A stretch of DNA of 64,000 nucleotides from Corallochytrium limacisporum Hawaii. Lineage: Eukaryota; Protista; Pluriformea. The position numbers were made by a program, and so were the translations under genes. Numbering within the stretch: the stretch's first letter is position 1; every line of letters begins with the position of its first letter. Below are positions 22,669 through 34,723 of this stretch, piece by piece. The stretch lies in NCBI GenBank assembly GCA_002811645.1, contig PDIP01000035.1, forward strand, positions 62,001-126,000, written 5' to 3'. The notes below the pieces were generated by a model that was given only the letters and a program-made list of their open reading frames with translations, was not told the origin of the DNA and did no database searches.

Positions 22669-23112
22669 TTACCTTCCCTTGCCAGCAACCTTCTGGGCGG
22701 CCTTCTGCTGCTGAGCCTGGCGTGGCTGGGCACGGCGGTTCTTCTTCTCAGCCTTCTTGGCCTCCTTGGCCTTCTTTGCCTTCTTCACAGCCTCATCGCG
22801 AAGAGCCTTGCGAACCTCTGGCTTCTCCTTACGGCGAGCCTCGATCTCAGCAATATCGGCACCGAAGACGGAGCGGTTGAACTTGGTGGCTTTCTTGCGG
22901 CGCTTCTTCTGCACCTCTTCAATAGTTCCCTTGCGGTATTTGCGGCGGTACAGCACAGTCCAGCTAATCTTACGGGGGTTCTTGCGCTGCAGGTACAGAG
23001 ACTCAGTCTTGCTGCTGAGGAAGTGGACAACCTTACCGTCGAAGCGGACCAGCTTGCGGCCGCGGCCGGGGTAGATCTTGTATCCCGAGAAAATGCACAC
23101 TTCCAACTTCAT
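22669..23112 (-). CDS. RPL24: 60S ribosomal protein eL24
   Basis: MKLEVCIFSGYKIYPGRG...NPRKISWTVLYRRK. Confidence 0.97.
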   Translation of the reverse strand: MKLEVCIFSGYKIYPGRGRKLVRFDGKVVHFLSSKTESLYLQRKNPRKISWTVLYRRKYRKGTIEEVQKKRRKKATKFNRSVFGADIAEIEARRKEKPEVRKALRDEAVKKAKKAKEAKKAEKKNRRAQPRQAQQQKAAQKVAGKGR

Positions 23113-24007
23113 GGTGACAACCGAATAATTGTTCCCGTGTGTAAAACAGAGTGTTCACACTTTCTCCACTTTAAACACCGCGATACATGAAATACCAACT
23201 TATGCGGTGATTCATGATTCATAGTAACACAATGCTACTGCTCAATAGTATGCCGTCTGTAAGAGATAGTAGGGAACGGCTCAGAAAGAGTAGTTGACCA
23301 CCACCACGGTTCCTTTGAGTATACCAGAAGCACATCTCACCGAGGGCCTATGTACTTGGGGTAGAGGCAACTCTACGCCAGCTACAGGCGCCAATGGCTC
23401 GTCTGTGGTGAACAGTACTGAATGGCTTACGTACCGCACTTGCAATACATTCAAAACCAGATGGGTAGTTTGAGGGGCTAGCAATACAATTTGTACCGGT
23501 ATACCCTTACGTAGTACTGCCTATATTCTAGGGTGAAAGTTCCCTGTTCTTGATTTTAGAAAATACATGGGGGATTTTCGTTCAGTTTTTTGTGTGTGTT
23601 TTTGGGAGCGGGAGGGAAGTGTGTGTCTGCCGACGTTTAGCCCCTCCTCCCCTTGCCCATCCCATCCGGGAGCGGAGGGGAGAGAAGGGACGGTTGAACG
23701 GGAAGGGAGACCTGTACGTAGACACCAGGATCCCGACCCTTAGGGCTTGAGGTGGCAAATTGCAATCCTTTATACGATCGACATTGGGAAAGCTACTATT
23801 CTTCATTTACAGCCGTCATGGAAGTAAGTAATCCGACGATCATCACTATGGCTGTGTACACCGGCATGTATCAGAGACATCGAAGTCGGAGCGTTGGTGG
23901 CTTGCCAATAGTGATTCAAAGATGATTATGTTTGTGTAATGGAACATGGAAATACTATGTGAATTGTGATGCTGTACGTAATTTTACATGGCTATGCTCA
24001 AGCTTGT

Positions 24008-24541
24008 TCAGACGACCCGATCGAAGTGGGTATTGGCTACAAACCCACCCCGCATAGCGTGTGTCACATTGCGTTCAAAGGTCTTCCGATTCTCCCGGAG
24101 AACGTTGGCAGCCTCCTTGTTGAGGGGATCATCGGGGTTGGGCTCCAGAAAGAGATACTGTAATCCATATATAACCGAGTTGATGCTCAGGACAGGCTTC
24201 CAGTCCTCACGAAGAATATTGAGGCATACATTGCCCTCCAAATCAATGTTGGGGTGGTAGATCTTCTGCTCGCATTTAACTTTGGGAGCTTCATGAGGGT
24301 ATTGTGTCGAGACCTTGAACGTGAAAGTAAAAGTACCGCCCTTATAAAAACCTTCATCAGGCTTGATGGTCAACACAAAGTTCATGAGATCATTCGAGTC
24401 GGGGAAATCGAGCTTACAAGTGGAAGGAAGGTTCAGATCACTGATATCCTTCTGGACACGAAGCTCTCCCGCGGCGGTCTTCTTGCCACCGTTGGCCTCG
24501 GCCTGTTTCTTCTCTTCCTTAAGCTGGAAAAGTTTGATCAT
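24008..24541 (-). CDS. UBE2M: NEDD8-conjugating E2 Ubc12
   Basis: MIKLFQLK N-terminus and [23 protein letters not shown]. Confidence 0.96.
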   Translation of the reverse strand: MIKLFQLKEEKKQAEANGGKKTAAGELRVQKDISDLNLPSTCKLDFPDSNDLMNFVLTIKPDEGFYKGGTFTFTFKVSTQYPHEAPKVKCEQKIYHPNIDLEGNVCLNILREDWKPVLSINSVIYGLQYLFLEPNPDDPLNKEAANVLRENRKTFERNVTHAMRGGFVANTHFDRVV

Positions 24542-24965
24542 TGTTACTTTTCACTTTGTACTACTAACTGTTAATTGATTTGGCCAGCTAATTGAGTCCA
24601 ACTGCGCCCGCGGTCGCAATAGTCCACCAAATTGCAAAGAGTCCGTTTTTTTCCGTTGCACTACTATACCATGATGTGGTTTGTACACTCGCGACAGCAA
24701 TCATGATATACGTTTACAAATCATCTTGGTCCTTAGGCGCCTCTAAAAGGACGAATACTCTATTCCTGCTCCCAGGGTAGAACGCTGAAGGAATGTCGAG
24801 TATTGCTTGCAAGACAGCGACGTTCCTAAACGAAAGGGAAAATTTTACATGCTTGGAAGCGGCTGCGGGGAAGCGGTCGATTTCTCCTCCCACTCCCAGT
24901 AGTGTTTTGTGGTTCCGCCGCCGCTGCGGCGCCGAAGCCCCAGCAGCCCAGAGCGGAAGCCACCT

Positions 24966-25103
24966 CCCCCCGGGGGGGGGGGGCCCGGGGGGGGCCCGGG
25001 GGGAAAAAAAGAAAAAAAAAAAAAAANNNNNNNNNNNNNNNNNNNNNNNNNNNNNNNNNNNNNNNNNNNNNNNNNNNNNCCCCCCCGGGGGGGGGGGGCC
25101 CGG
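24966..25103. repeat. CnGn palindromes and A-tracts flanking assembly gap 25027-25079
   Basis: C6G12CCCG8CCCG6 plus an A-tract lies left of the gap; C7G12CCCGGG lies right of it. The two sides may be the same sequence left unmerged. Confidence 0.75.
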
Positions 25104-25751
25104 GAGGGCCCTCGGAGGAAAACAAGCAAAAAAAAAAAAGAAAAGATGGCAGCATTGAAGGAGGCGGCGCCGCAGAACAATAAGAGAAATCGAAGACTCT
25201 GTCGTAACCCGGTCCTTTTTGGTCCTTCATGTGTCATCGGAGTCGTCAACTACAGAAGTTAGTGCAAACGGAAGCCGTACGCTCAGTATGACGGATCAAT
25301 TTCAACCGAAACGGGACACCTGTCCCCGGCACCAGACTCTTGGACGTGCTGCCTTCGTTTTCGGAGTCAGCAAGAACCACCCAACGGCTCTGTCATTCAT
25401 ATGCCTGCCCCCATTTGGAGCCTTCGCGATCATGCACGCAAGGGGGGGGCTGAAAAGTAGTTTTCAATAGCCAAGGTACGAGGGACATTTAAGATATTCC
25501 GCATATCAGCCATGTATATATACCTGCGGACACAGTCGAGATATAGACTGATACATATTATCTATATATCCGGATATAAATTAGACTTCGTTTCGTTCGT
25601 AGTTCGGTGAGTACCGTTTCGACGGCGGCCGTCCGGAGACCCGCACTTCGCTCACTGCGGAAACCAAACCCACAGCGGTACTATGCCACTCTGGCCACTC
25701 TCCTCTCTTCCTGTGCCTGTGTGCGTGCGGGTCATAAAACACCGGGGACTT

Positions 25752-25770
25752 CCCCCGGGGGGGGGGGGGG
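25752..25770. promoter_or_regulatory. C5G14 element upstream of the DRC1 remnant
   Basis: Seen directly in the sequence; function is inferred. Confidence 0.4.
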
Positions 25771-26111
25771 CACTACTTTCTCCACACCGCGCCGCACAAT
25801 CTCCAGGCTGGGAGTCCCTTTGCAGACTGTGGGGCACCTTGGGAACAGAGGCGGAGGTTCGATCGGGAGAGGGGGAAAGTAGGGCTGTTGGTGCGGGTGT
25901 AGCACGCGAGCTGTCTCTCCTTCGCGGTCAGCTTTGTGGAGACCGACAGTACCTGGCCATGGACCAAGGGTATCTCAAGGCAGCTGACAGAAAGCATGTG
26001 ACGAGATTGCCTGCTACATAAACCAAGAGAAGGATTTAGAAACTTCAAACGTACAGTACACAATGGATCTGATCGCGTGAGATTGTGCGGTCACTGACTG
26101 CAGACATCAAT

Positions 26112-27460
26112 ATGGTATCAGAAATTATGGTGGACCAGGACGATGCTCCGGAGGTCCGAGAGATGAGAGAGCTGGAGTCTGTTACAAGTCACGTCATTGA
26201 GTATGCCAATAGGGGCAATGCCAGGCCCGCCTTAACCGAAAAGGACGTTCGCATCCAGTCTCGCCGGGACCGAATCGCCGATCGGCGGGCTCAAGAAGAA
26301 ACCGTAAAGAATGCCGACCGTGACGCCGAGACCATCGCAGAGTTCTACAGATATAAAGAACGCATGGCTCTTGAGTATGTTCAGACTCAGTGTGTCGAAG
26401 GGCTCCTCCAGCTCACCGGAAGCCATCCTTGCTGAACTCAATGACGCGCAGAGGGACGGACAACGTATTCTGGAACGTAAGTACGCCCTGCTCAAGGACA
26501 TCCTCAGCGCACAGCGGCGGCGGAGAAGCAGCTCAAAGCGGACTCGCAGCAGCTTCTCCGTGATTATCGTCGCCTGAGCCAGCAACTGGACGCCCAGCGG
26601 AATAAGTTCCGTCTGAACCAGCGGGCGGATGATGAGAAGTACCGTGACCTCTGGGAAATGAATAAAGAGGAAGTCTTGGACCTTCTGCAAGACGTGTTGA
26701 CGGCGGACAAAGTTGTTCAAAACAGCAGCAGGGTCTGATGTGGATATCCCTGGATGAGAAGATCTAGGACTATCTACCTGGCAGTGGAGACCAAAATCAG
26801 GGTGAAGATGGTGCTGCACGTGAGATTCTTGTTAAAATGATTCACCAAGGAAGCACCAGCAACATCCAGTTGGCAGATAGTTCCTGGCCAACGTGCACAA
26901 TTGCGCCCAGCACCATGATAAAGATGTTGACCATCCTTGGTAGCGAAGCGTCTTTTCTCATCGAAGAGAAACTCCAACGTCTGCTCAAGTCTGTGGATGA
27001 CAATGAAGCGATCCTCGTGAAGCTCGATGCCATCTTCAAGGCATTGAAACTTGAATCAGACAAAGACATACAGGCACTCATGTCCCAGTTCCTAAGGAGG
27101 CACCAGAGCAGCGGGAATGTCATTGAGCCCCACGAGATTTTGGAACCGTACGAGTTCTTGCCGATCATGCGGCAGTTTGTGTCCGAAAGGGACCAGAGGA
27201 CTCATGACACCATCAGGAAAACCCATCGTAAAGACACGGAGCAGGTGAAGGTCAACTTGACCAACGAAAGAGAATTCTGGGGCCGACTGGAGAATGTGGT
27301 CTCCAGGAAGACAGAACGGGTGTGGGATAGTCTATTGAACGGGCTGGATAGATACAACACGGAACTCAAGGATCGTGACCAACTCAACACCGGAATTCAG
27401 GATCTTGAACACTACATGCACAGCCAGACCACCCAGGATCTGGTCATCCCTCCCCTGTAG
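26112..27460 (+). pseudogene. DRC1: Dynein regulatory complex subunit 1 (CCDC164) pseudogene
   Basis: Colinear DRC1 blocks in shifting frames: RIQSRRDRIADRR / PEAILAELNDAQ..ILERKYALL / DYRRLSQQ..DDEKYRDLWEMNKEE..DKVV / QQQGLMW..(TAG 26765)..EASFLIEEKL..KLDAIFKAL..FWGRL..VWDSLLNGLDRY..DLVIPP. Frameshifts near 26412, 26503 and 26720, plus large deletions. Confidence 0.88.
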
Positions 27461-27826
27461 CTCAATTCGACCACTACTACAACACTATTCCACTATCACT
27501 TTCCGTATAGCAACATATTTCCATTAATTGTCACGAAACCCAACCCCCTCTCTGGAACAGTACAGCGCCGCAGAGTTCTCAGGGGCACTCTTTCTCTTGC
27601 TCAGTCCCCTTTGCGCTGCGCTGTCACAGTCAGTGAGAGCATTCCTGGGCCACTGAACAGGCTCGTGTGCCACAACTAGCGGGGCACAAAAACATTCATT
27701 TCATTCGCAGCCTTGCAGCATACCTCTTGGTATTCAAAGCATTTGAAGATCGGATTGGATTCCGTTCAACTTCTAGTTGTAATTAAAGAAAAGAAATGGA
27801 CGCAGAAGATCGAACAACAAATAAAT

Positions 27827-28951
27827 ATGGCAGAAAACGCAGAAATTGGAGCAAACCCGGAACCGGAACAGGTCGCTGTTGACCCGGAACCGGAACAGGT
27901 CACTGTTGACCCGGAACCGGAACAGGTCGCTGTTGACCCGGAACCGAAGGGCGACGACATTGAGGAAGCACGTGCAGGTCTTGAGAGTGACGATGAGGAC
28001 AACGAGGAACCTCAACCCAGCGTTTTCACTGATGCGGCCCGTCGTCAGGCGAAGAAACGCCAGGCGGAAATGGAAGAAATTGGTGACACAGAGGACTATG
28101 GAGACGACGCGGATACAGGTGTCGAGCAGGTGTACCAGTCATGGAAAAAACCCGGGAAGCGTCGTCGCAATGCCGACGACGAAGACTTGATTACAGATCG
28201 GGACGACGAAGCGAAAGACTTCGTTCGGGATATGTACAATGCAGTTAAGGAGGACGAGGATGAGACCAGAGCAAAGCGGCCGGCCCTGGCGAAGTGGCGC
28301 ATGCTGCCCCAGCTAAAGAAAATTATGGGTGCAGAAGAAATGCAGAGGATTTGCGTTGATGAAGGCATTTTGCACGCTATGAGACTTTGGTTGGAGCTTC
28401 TACCAGACAAGTCACTCCCGTCATTGGATGTGCGTCGCACAATTCTTGAAATCTTACAGAAGGTCGAATTGAGTCCACCGGAACTGAAGGAAAGTGGGAT
28501 TGGAAAGGCTATCATGGTTCTACTCAAGCATCCTAAGGAGACAAAGGCAAATAAGCGCATTTGCAAACTCCTAGTACGAAATTGGAGCCAACAAATTTTC
28601 CGCATCAAGACAGAATTCAACCAATTGGAGCAGCACGAAAGGGATGAAATGGAGAATGCGATGGCCGGCCAGGTGCGGGCTCGTCGTCAAAGCCAATTTG
28701 GCAGTCGTGGTGATAAGCTCAATTTTGACGCAAACGCGGGAGCCAGCAAGGAAGAAGAGGACCTGGATCCCAACAGCAAGCGAGCGCGTATCTTGCCGCG
28801 CGCGCAATTAGACTATGTAATCCGACCACGTCAGAAGATCTTGCCTGAGGAAGAGCTCGGCGTCAGCCCAAAGAAGAAGGGCGAAGGTGCCATCCGGTCT
28901 ATCAAGATCGCAAAATCGGTTGGGCATCAGCCCACCATACTGAAAGACTGA
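27827..28951 (+). CDS. IWS1: Transcription elongation factor IWS1/Spn1
   Basis: PALAKWRML, WLELLPDKSLPSLDVR and LKESGIGKAIMVLLKHPKET (TFIIS N-terminal domain). ATG at 27827. Confidence 0.93.
   Translation: MAENAEIGANPEPEQVAVDPEPEQVTVDPEPEQVAVDPEPKGDDIEEARAGLESDDEDNEEPQPSVFTDAARRQAKKRQAEMEEIGDTEDYGDDADTGVEQVYQSWKKPGKRRRNADDEDLITDRDDEAKDFVRDMYNAVKEDEDETRAKRPALAKWRMLPQLKKIMGAEEMQRICVDEGILHAMRLWLELLPDKSLPSLDVRRTILEILQKVELSPPELKESGIGKAIMVLLKHPKETKANKRICKLLVRNWSQQIFRIKTEFNQLEQHERDEMENAMAGQVRARRQSQFGSRGDKLNFDANAGASKEEEDLDPNSKRARILPRAQLDYVIRPRQKILPEEELGVSPKKKGEGAIRSIKIAKSVGHQPTILKD
27855..27946 (+). repeat. 27-bp coding minisatellite, ~3.4 copies (PEPEQVA/TVD)
   Basis: ACCCGGAACCGGAACAGGTC(G/A)CTGTTG at 27855, 27882 and 27909, plus a partial copy. 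Confidence 0.93.
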
Positions 28952-29068
28952 AGGGGTGCAATGTTTGGTTAGTCGTAATATAAGAGGTAATCTATGTAAA
29001 TGTCAATACGATGGCATGTAGGCCACGAAAGTATGTTCCAATACTAATATCCCAATATGGTTTGCTCG

Positions 29069-30472
29069 CTACTCCTGAATGTAGTTGAGTGGGAAAAGAC
29101 CCTGGCGACCATTCAACATACCGGTTGACCAGCCATCCTCCTCCCTTGGGCCAATGTCCGTAAAGACCTCGCCTGCCTTGAACGACAATTCATCTCCGTT
29201 TTGGGCCTCGTAATCATACAGTGCCGTAACCTGAATCCCTGTTCCACTCGCACGGTAGGAGTCACTGTTGCTGAAATCGTCATCCAGCGCACTTGCTCCA
29301 GAAACATTGGAGCCTCTCATGTAACCGGGAACTGCATCATTCTTCAGGGGGTTCGTTGACGGCTGCTCATACGGGTTAACCTCGTATGAATCTCCAGAAA
29401 CATCACGATTGGCAGTTCCATTTGTATCGTAGTACATACTCGATGGGACAGCGACTCCGGTTGGTGAGCCCACAGATTCCATAGGAGAACCGCCGTTGTA
29501 TGAGCCGTTCAGTCCAGATTTCGCGTCTGCATCAGGGTCGTGCTCGTAGTCAATGAACACTGGCCAGTTCGGTTCCATGTCCGATCCTTTTTGTGCTGAG
29601 TAGTCACGGATATCTTTGTCTGTGTCAATGACATTGTAATCGTCATTCAGCTGGTTGAATGCCTTCTGGTAATTCGCATCATCCTGAATGTCCAAAACCT
29701 CGTGATAATTCATAAACATATCCCGGAAAAAGTTGGTGCGCTGCATCTCAAATGCTTGGTGCTTCTCAAACTCACGTGTCATGTCCTGTTGGAACGGGCC
29801 ATTCTTGTGGTTCAGCTGTCGAAGATAGTCATCGTATTTTGCACGGGCCGCTGCAAGTATCTCTTTCCTTTTGGCAAGTTCCGCTGCCTTCTTCTTGATT
29901 TGATCCTCCTTGGCGTTTCCATCCTTCTCATAAACTTCGGTCTCGTGTTCGGCCCTCCGAACAGCATCTGCAGCCTTCCGGAACTTTACGCGGTTGCTCT
30001 CCACCTTCTTTTTGCAGTGAGCCCAGTCCTTCTGAATACGCGCAAAGTTCTCCTCTGCTTCTTTCTTTGCCTTGATTGTGCCTACAAAGTTCTTCGGATA
30101 GAGCTCTGTCCTTGTGGCAGAGATGCGCTTAGTGATATCTGTGATTTGACCAACACGTTGTGCGTGCACTTCACCTTCCCTAACACCTTCTGTTAAAGTG
30201 CACAGCCAGGCTTCCTTCATTGTTCCAAATTCATTGCCGCCCTTGACAACCTTCTCCCACTTTCCAGCCCATTTTACCAGCTTGTCATGGTAAGACTGTT
30301 CAATTGCTGCACGTTCCTTGAGCATTTGCTCAAGTTCCTCACAAAGGGTGAAACCATGGTCATAACGTACTGTTACCTGCTTGTATCCATTGATTTCATA
30401 GAAATTGGTTCCTTCAGGTCCATTTGTGCTCAGGTTAAAGCTAAGCTTCGATTCTGCACGGTCCAATGCCAT
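29069..30472 (-). CDS. PACSIN: PACSIN/syndapin F-BAR + SH3 protein
   Basis: NFYEINGYKQVTVRYDHGF..ERAAIEQSY..W F-BAR start, WPVFIDY, and C-terminal SH3 ALYDYEAQNGDELSF..GLFPLNY. Confidence 0.93.
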   Translation of the reverse strand: MALDRAESKLSFNLSTNGPEGTNFYEINGYKQVTVRYDHGFTLCEELEQMLKERAAIEQSYHDKLVKWAGKWEKVVKGGNEFGTMKEAWLCTLTEGVREGEVHAQRVGQITDITKRISATRTELYPKNFVGTIKAKKEAEENFARIQKDWAHCKKKVESNRVKFRKAADAVRRAEHETEVYEKDGNAKEDQIKKKAAELAKRKEILAAARAKYDDYLRQLNHKNGPFQQDMTREFEKHQAFEMQRTNFFRDMFMNYHEVLDIQDDANYQKAFNQLNDDYNVIDTDKDIRDYSAQKGSDMEPNWPVFIDYEHDPDADAKSGLNGSYNGGSPMESVGSPTGVAVPSSMYYDTNGTANRDVSGDSYEVNPYEQPSTNPLKNDAVPGYMRGSNVSGASALDDDFSNSDSYRASGTGIQVTALYDYEAQNGDELSFKAGEVFTDIGPREEDGWSTGMLNGRQGLFPLNYIQE

Positions 30473-32578
30473 GTTGAGTGCGCTGTTGTGTTGCTTGTGT
30501 TCGTTTTTGCTTTCCCTCTGTATTAAAATTGCTTTCTCTTGCTCTACATTCTGTGGTGGTCCAGAGGCCGTGGTCTCCGCTGAGAGCGCTGGTTGTCAGC
30601 TTCCTAATGCTTCCATCAGGGAAGACAGAAATGAATGGCTCTGTCATTAGATTGTCACAAATACCAAGTTGAACCTTGGAGCATGCCTCCAATTTCTCAC
30701 AGAGAACATAACTGAATGGTGAGACATGAATGCGTTCATGTCGTCCCCGGAAGCATCTTATGGATGCGTCCACGTAACAGCGTCGTAGCCACCGCCCGCC
30801 CCTCCCTCCCCCGGCGACCTCTCTTGACCCTGGTGGACAACCGAGGTCTGCAAGGCTTTAAAGAGGGCACGGCACAAACGGGAAAAGAAAAAAAAGGGTA
30901 AAAAGGAGGAGGGGTCAACGAAAGGGGACACCTACTGGCCAGGCCGTTTGGACTGGTGTGCAAGCGCGGCCCTGTGCATATAGCGGACGCTCTCATCGAT
31001 GCCTATGACGTTTTGTTTTTGGTAGGCAGCCCTACTGCTCGATCCCGAGTGAGACTAAAACGAAGAAAATCTGCCGCAGACCCCTCCCCGATTCTGAGAA
31101 TCATTGGAGGCTCGCGATGCTCCCCTCCCCCTCCCCGCTTTTGTTAATGAGAGCTCAGTGAAAGGTGGCGCTACTGCGGATGCCAAAACGAAAGTAGAGA
31201 GATCTCCCTACCGCTCACCGGTTTTTGCCACTGGAGCAGGGGGAGAGGTATCACCTACGGGCCTCGCCAAAGACCAGTTCCCGGGTGGTTTTCCAGCCGG
31301 CACCGGTCTCGAAGCCCCTGCCCGCGGCCTGGTTTTATCTCTTTCTCCTTTTTTTTTTTTCCGCTGCTTCATCGACAAGAGGAGGAGAAAATTTTCTGGG
31401 ACAGCAGACACCTGTCTTCTGACTTTTGGTCCCATACGGATCGTCAAACCTTACGTAGAGAGGCTATGGCAGCCTGCTCCCTGCGATCGAGGGTTGGGCA
31501 TGAGGGCAACCACGGGAACCAGTCCACGAGATCGGTCACCGCTTGGAGAGAGTCAGCAGCACAAGGAAAAAATCCCTGCCCAAATTCCTCCTCCGTCCGA
31601 GCAGGGAGGACCCGAAAAGGCAAGACCAGCCCGCTTGGCACCAAGGTGGAGGGGCGATGGGATGGGGAAGGAGGGGGGGGGGGTGAGACAAGGGGGAGGC
31701 GGGAGGACAGAAGACAGAGGGGGAGAGTGGGAGAGGAGGTAAACGGAAACGGGTGCTAACAGGAAATTGCCGTTACCCCCCCCCCCCCCCCCCCCNNNNN
31801 NNNNNNNNNNNNNNNNNNNNNNNNNNNNNNNNNNNNNNNNNNNNNNNNNNNNNNNNNNNNNNNNNNNNNNNNNNNNNNNNNNNNNNNNNNNNNNNNNNNN
31901 NNNNNNNNNNNNNNNNNNNNNNNNNNNNNNNNNNNNNNNNNNNNNNNNNNNNNNNNNNNNNNNNNNNNNNNNNNNNNNNNNNNNNNNNNNNNNNNNNNNN
32001 NNNNNNNNNCTCCCCCACCACAACGGCTTCTCTCCGTTCTCTTGCGGTTGTGTTACGAACTCCCGGCGCTGTCACACCACCACCGGTCCGGGAGACGGTC
32101 AGTTTTTACAGACAATTGGGGGTTGGGAGGCCGGGGAGTCATGGGACCACCACCCAGGCTACGTTCTGAGTGCCTCCCCTGTTCCGTTCCCCGGCCTGCA
32201 TAATACCCGGCGTGTGTCTCCCTCCCGCTCCTCCCGTGGTGGATGGCAACAAAGGCATCGCGGTTTTGCACAGTGAGTCGGGTTAGCCTGCCTGGTCGCA
32301 AGGACGAGCATTTTACAACTGCGAGTATTGAGACTGGGAAAGGTAAAGAAGATTTTTTTTGCTACTTTCTGTGTGACTGTGAGAAGCTGTGCACCAGCGG
32401 GTAGAGACGGTTGTGCGTCTCGCCTTATCGGGCACTTTCGTACTGCACTGGTTTTGCACTGGCCTGGTTGACGGAGAGCAGCAGTGCGCTGTGAAGGGAG
32501 GGGGGGGGGATGTAGCCGCTGCGAGGGAGGTAGACCGTGCCTTAGTATCGAACAGCAGCAGCGGAGAGTAAGGGCGAG

Positions 32579-32601
32579 CCCCCCCCCGGGGCGGGGGGGG
32601 G
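32579..32601. promoter_or_regulatory. C9G4CG9 palindrome upstream of PACSIN
   Basis: Seen directly in the sequence; function is inferred. Confidence 0.4.
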
Positions 32602-32773
32602 TGCTGAAACTCCCAGCGGTTTTGATGGCACTCCTGGAAGGGGGCTGCTGTTCTGGCAGCGTAAGTCATACGCCCTGAAGGTGGTCAGGCTAACTGGGTA
32701 GCGTCACAGGTCGGCCATGAACCCGGCTGTGGATAGAGGTCTAGTTATGCAATGAAACAAGTGACACAACAGC

Positions 32774-34723
32774 TTATCCATAACCACCTCGTCCACCGCT
32801 AGTGGAGAAGAGAAGGGTGCCTTTCTTGGTCTTCTTCGGGGTCACCTTACCCCAATCGAGACGTTGAGATGGACTCTGACCATCTGCATTCTGGGTGGGG
32901 TAGAATTCGTCGTCCTCAGCAGTGCCGGATCCCGTTGAAGCGGAAACAGGCTTTGCCCATCCGCGACTGGTTGGTCGCTTCCACGAGGGAGAGGGTGTCC
33001 CATTCCCCTCTTTGCGGATGGCCTCTGCAAATGAAGATCCTTTGGATGGCAGCGACGGGAATGAGGTAGGAGACGAGCTTTCTGATAGATTTGAAGCCAG
33101 TAGAGGGATGACTTTGGGTTCTGATTCTGCAGTCTTGGACATGGACGGAAACAGTGTGTCATCAGCCGCATCTAACTTGACGTTTCCGACTTCGCTTAAG
33201 GCTGATGGGACATTGACTCTAGGTGCTCCATACTGCTCACGATGCTGCTGGTCAACGACCTGGCGACTCTGCTTGTCGAAACGCTTTTCTCGCTTTTGTT
33301 TCTTTTGCCTCGCTTGCTTACGCCTAAGAATTTCCTCTTTGAACTGCAGATAGGTTTCCTTAGAGATGTAACTCCGCAGATCGACTTCGCAGACTTCAAG
33401 CTCACTGGCCAGTGGCACATGGCTTAAAAACTTGTACTTCTTCCGCAGATCTGAAGTCATTGTCATCAATTCCACTTCAAGGACTTTTCCAGTAATCACT
33501 TGGGGACATTGCGACAAGCTACCATACTCGTGGACAAGGCACTTGATGTTAATGGGATGGAGATATGCATATTGCCCATCCACAGCCTGGAAGAAAAACA
33601 CTATGTCGGGCTCATCCCCTTCTGGTTTGGTCGGTGCCGGCACCGCGCCTTGTGTTGGTGATTTTGCATCGCCATCGCTCTTGCTGCCTGATTTCGAGCG
33701 CTTAAAGAGTCGTGTTCCCTCATCCAATGCGCCCCCAAATTCTGAGAGTTGTATCTCCATTTCTTTCAAGTCCTGCTGCGTAAGGGATTGTCCATTAGCC
33801 GTAAGAGCGTTCGCAGGGCGAAGTGATGGAGAGGTATGTGGCGATCCTTGGAGTCTCAATCCTGATGCCAGACGTTCACTCAGGGCTGTTTCTGCTATCG
33901 TCTTCTGACGTTGATCTACAGCATCCAAGGCCTGCTGGATAAACGGAATCTCATGCACGGATCCGTCGGCCTTTGCGACCTCAAATTGAGTTTCGAGCTC
34001 GCCTCTTTCCCTGTCAAGGATATATTCTTTGATGTCGCTTGCGGACATGAGGTATATCTTATGATATTGTGGATACAATGCATCTGCAGCGTATGCAAAG
34101 GTGTCTCGCATCTCATCCATGCCGATACACCAGGGGATGATCAGTGTCGACATCTTGTGCCTTGCAATCAGTGTAAAACTAGTTTCGTGCCCGACTGAAA
34201 TTTTGCCGTGGAAGCAGAAGCAACACGAGCGGATATCCGTCAGATATATCGAATCGTTACAAAGCGGACACTTTGCCCAATTTTTGTCACTTATCATGAG
34301 ATAATGAACAATGCATGCAAAGCAATACACATGACCGCATTTGGTGATCTTTGCAGCAGTCGGAGGCATGAGACAGATAGGACATGACTGTCCTTCGTTT
34401 GCCGCAATCATGACCTGTTCCACTTTATCCCAAGACAATGGTATGTCGGGGTCGCCCGTGTGAGGCATTGCATCGTAGTCGTCTCTGACGAAGAACTGAC
34501 ACATGGCCTGCACATAGTTCTGTTTGTTGAAAGCTTCGCTGCGTTTGTGTTTGTTGCTCCGTCTATAGTTTCCGCCAGATCTGTGGCGCTGGTCTGCATA
34601 CGAATGATACTGAAAGTTCAACACGTTGTCTCCATCTAGGCTCTCACGGGATTTCTGACTCCGGCGACTCTGCCTCGGTGGACCCAAACCATCCTTGCGT
34701 TGGTTTTGCTGGTCTGCCGGCAT
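32774..34723 (-). CDS. RNF10: RING E3 ligase RNF10/Mag2
   Basis: LNFQY, CPICLMPPTAAKITKCGHVYCFACIVHY..CPLC, FFQAVDGQ..LHPINIKCL..EYG and LLFSTSG. Confidence 0.93.
   Translation of the reverse strand: MPADQQNQRKDGLGPPRQSRRSQKSRESLDGDNVLNFQYHSYADQRHRSGGNYRRSNKHKRSEAFNKQNYVQAMCQFFVRDDYDAMPHTGDPDIPLSWDKVEQVMIAANEGQSCPICLMPPTAAKITKCGHVYCFACIVHYLMISDKNWAKCPLCNDSIYLTDIRSCCFCFHGKISVGHETSFTLIARHKMSTLIIPWCIGMDEMRDTFAYAADALYPQYHKIYLMSASDIKEYILDRERGELETQFEVAKADGSVHEIPFIQQALDAVDQRQKTIAETALSERLASGLRLQGSPHTSPSLRPANALTANGQSLTQQDLKEMEIQLSEFGGALDEGTRLFKRSKSGSKSDGDAKSPTQGAVPAPTKPEGDEPDIVFFFQAVDGQYAYLHPINIKCLVHEYGSLSQCPQVITGKVLEVELMTMTSDLRKKYKFLSHVPLASELEVCEVDLRSYISKETYLQFKEEILRRKQARQKKQKREKRFDKQSRQVVDQQHREQYGAPRVNVPSALSEVGNVKLDAADDTLFPSMSKTAESEPKVIPLLASNLSESSSPTSFPSLPSKGSSFAEAIRKEGNGTPSPSWKRPTSRGWAKPVSASTGSGTAEDDEFYPTQNADGQSPSQRLDWGKVTPKKTKKGTLLFSTSGGRGGYG

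Noticed and set aside
24793-25262. ORFs spanning N gaps (also 31553-32276 and 62331-62879)
   Set aside because: They are artefacts of Ns and G/C/A homopolymers.
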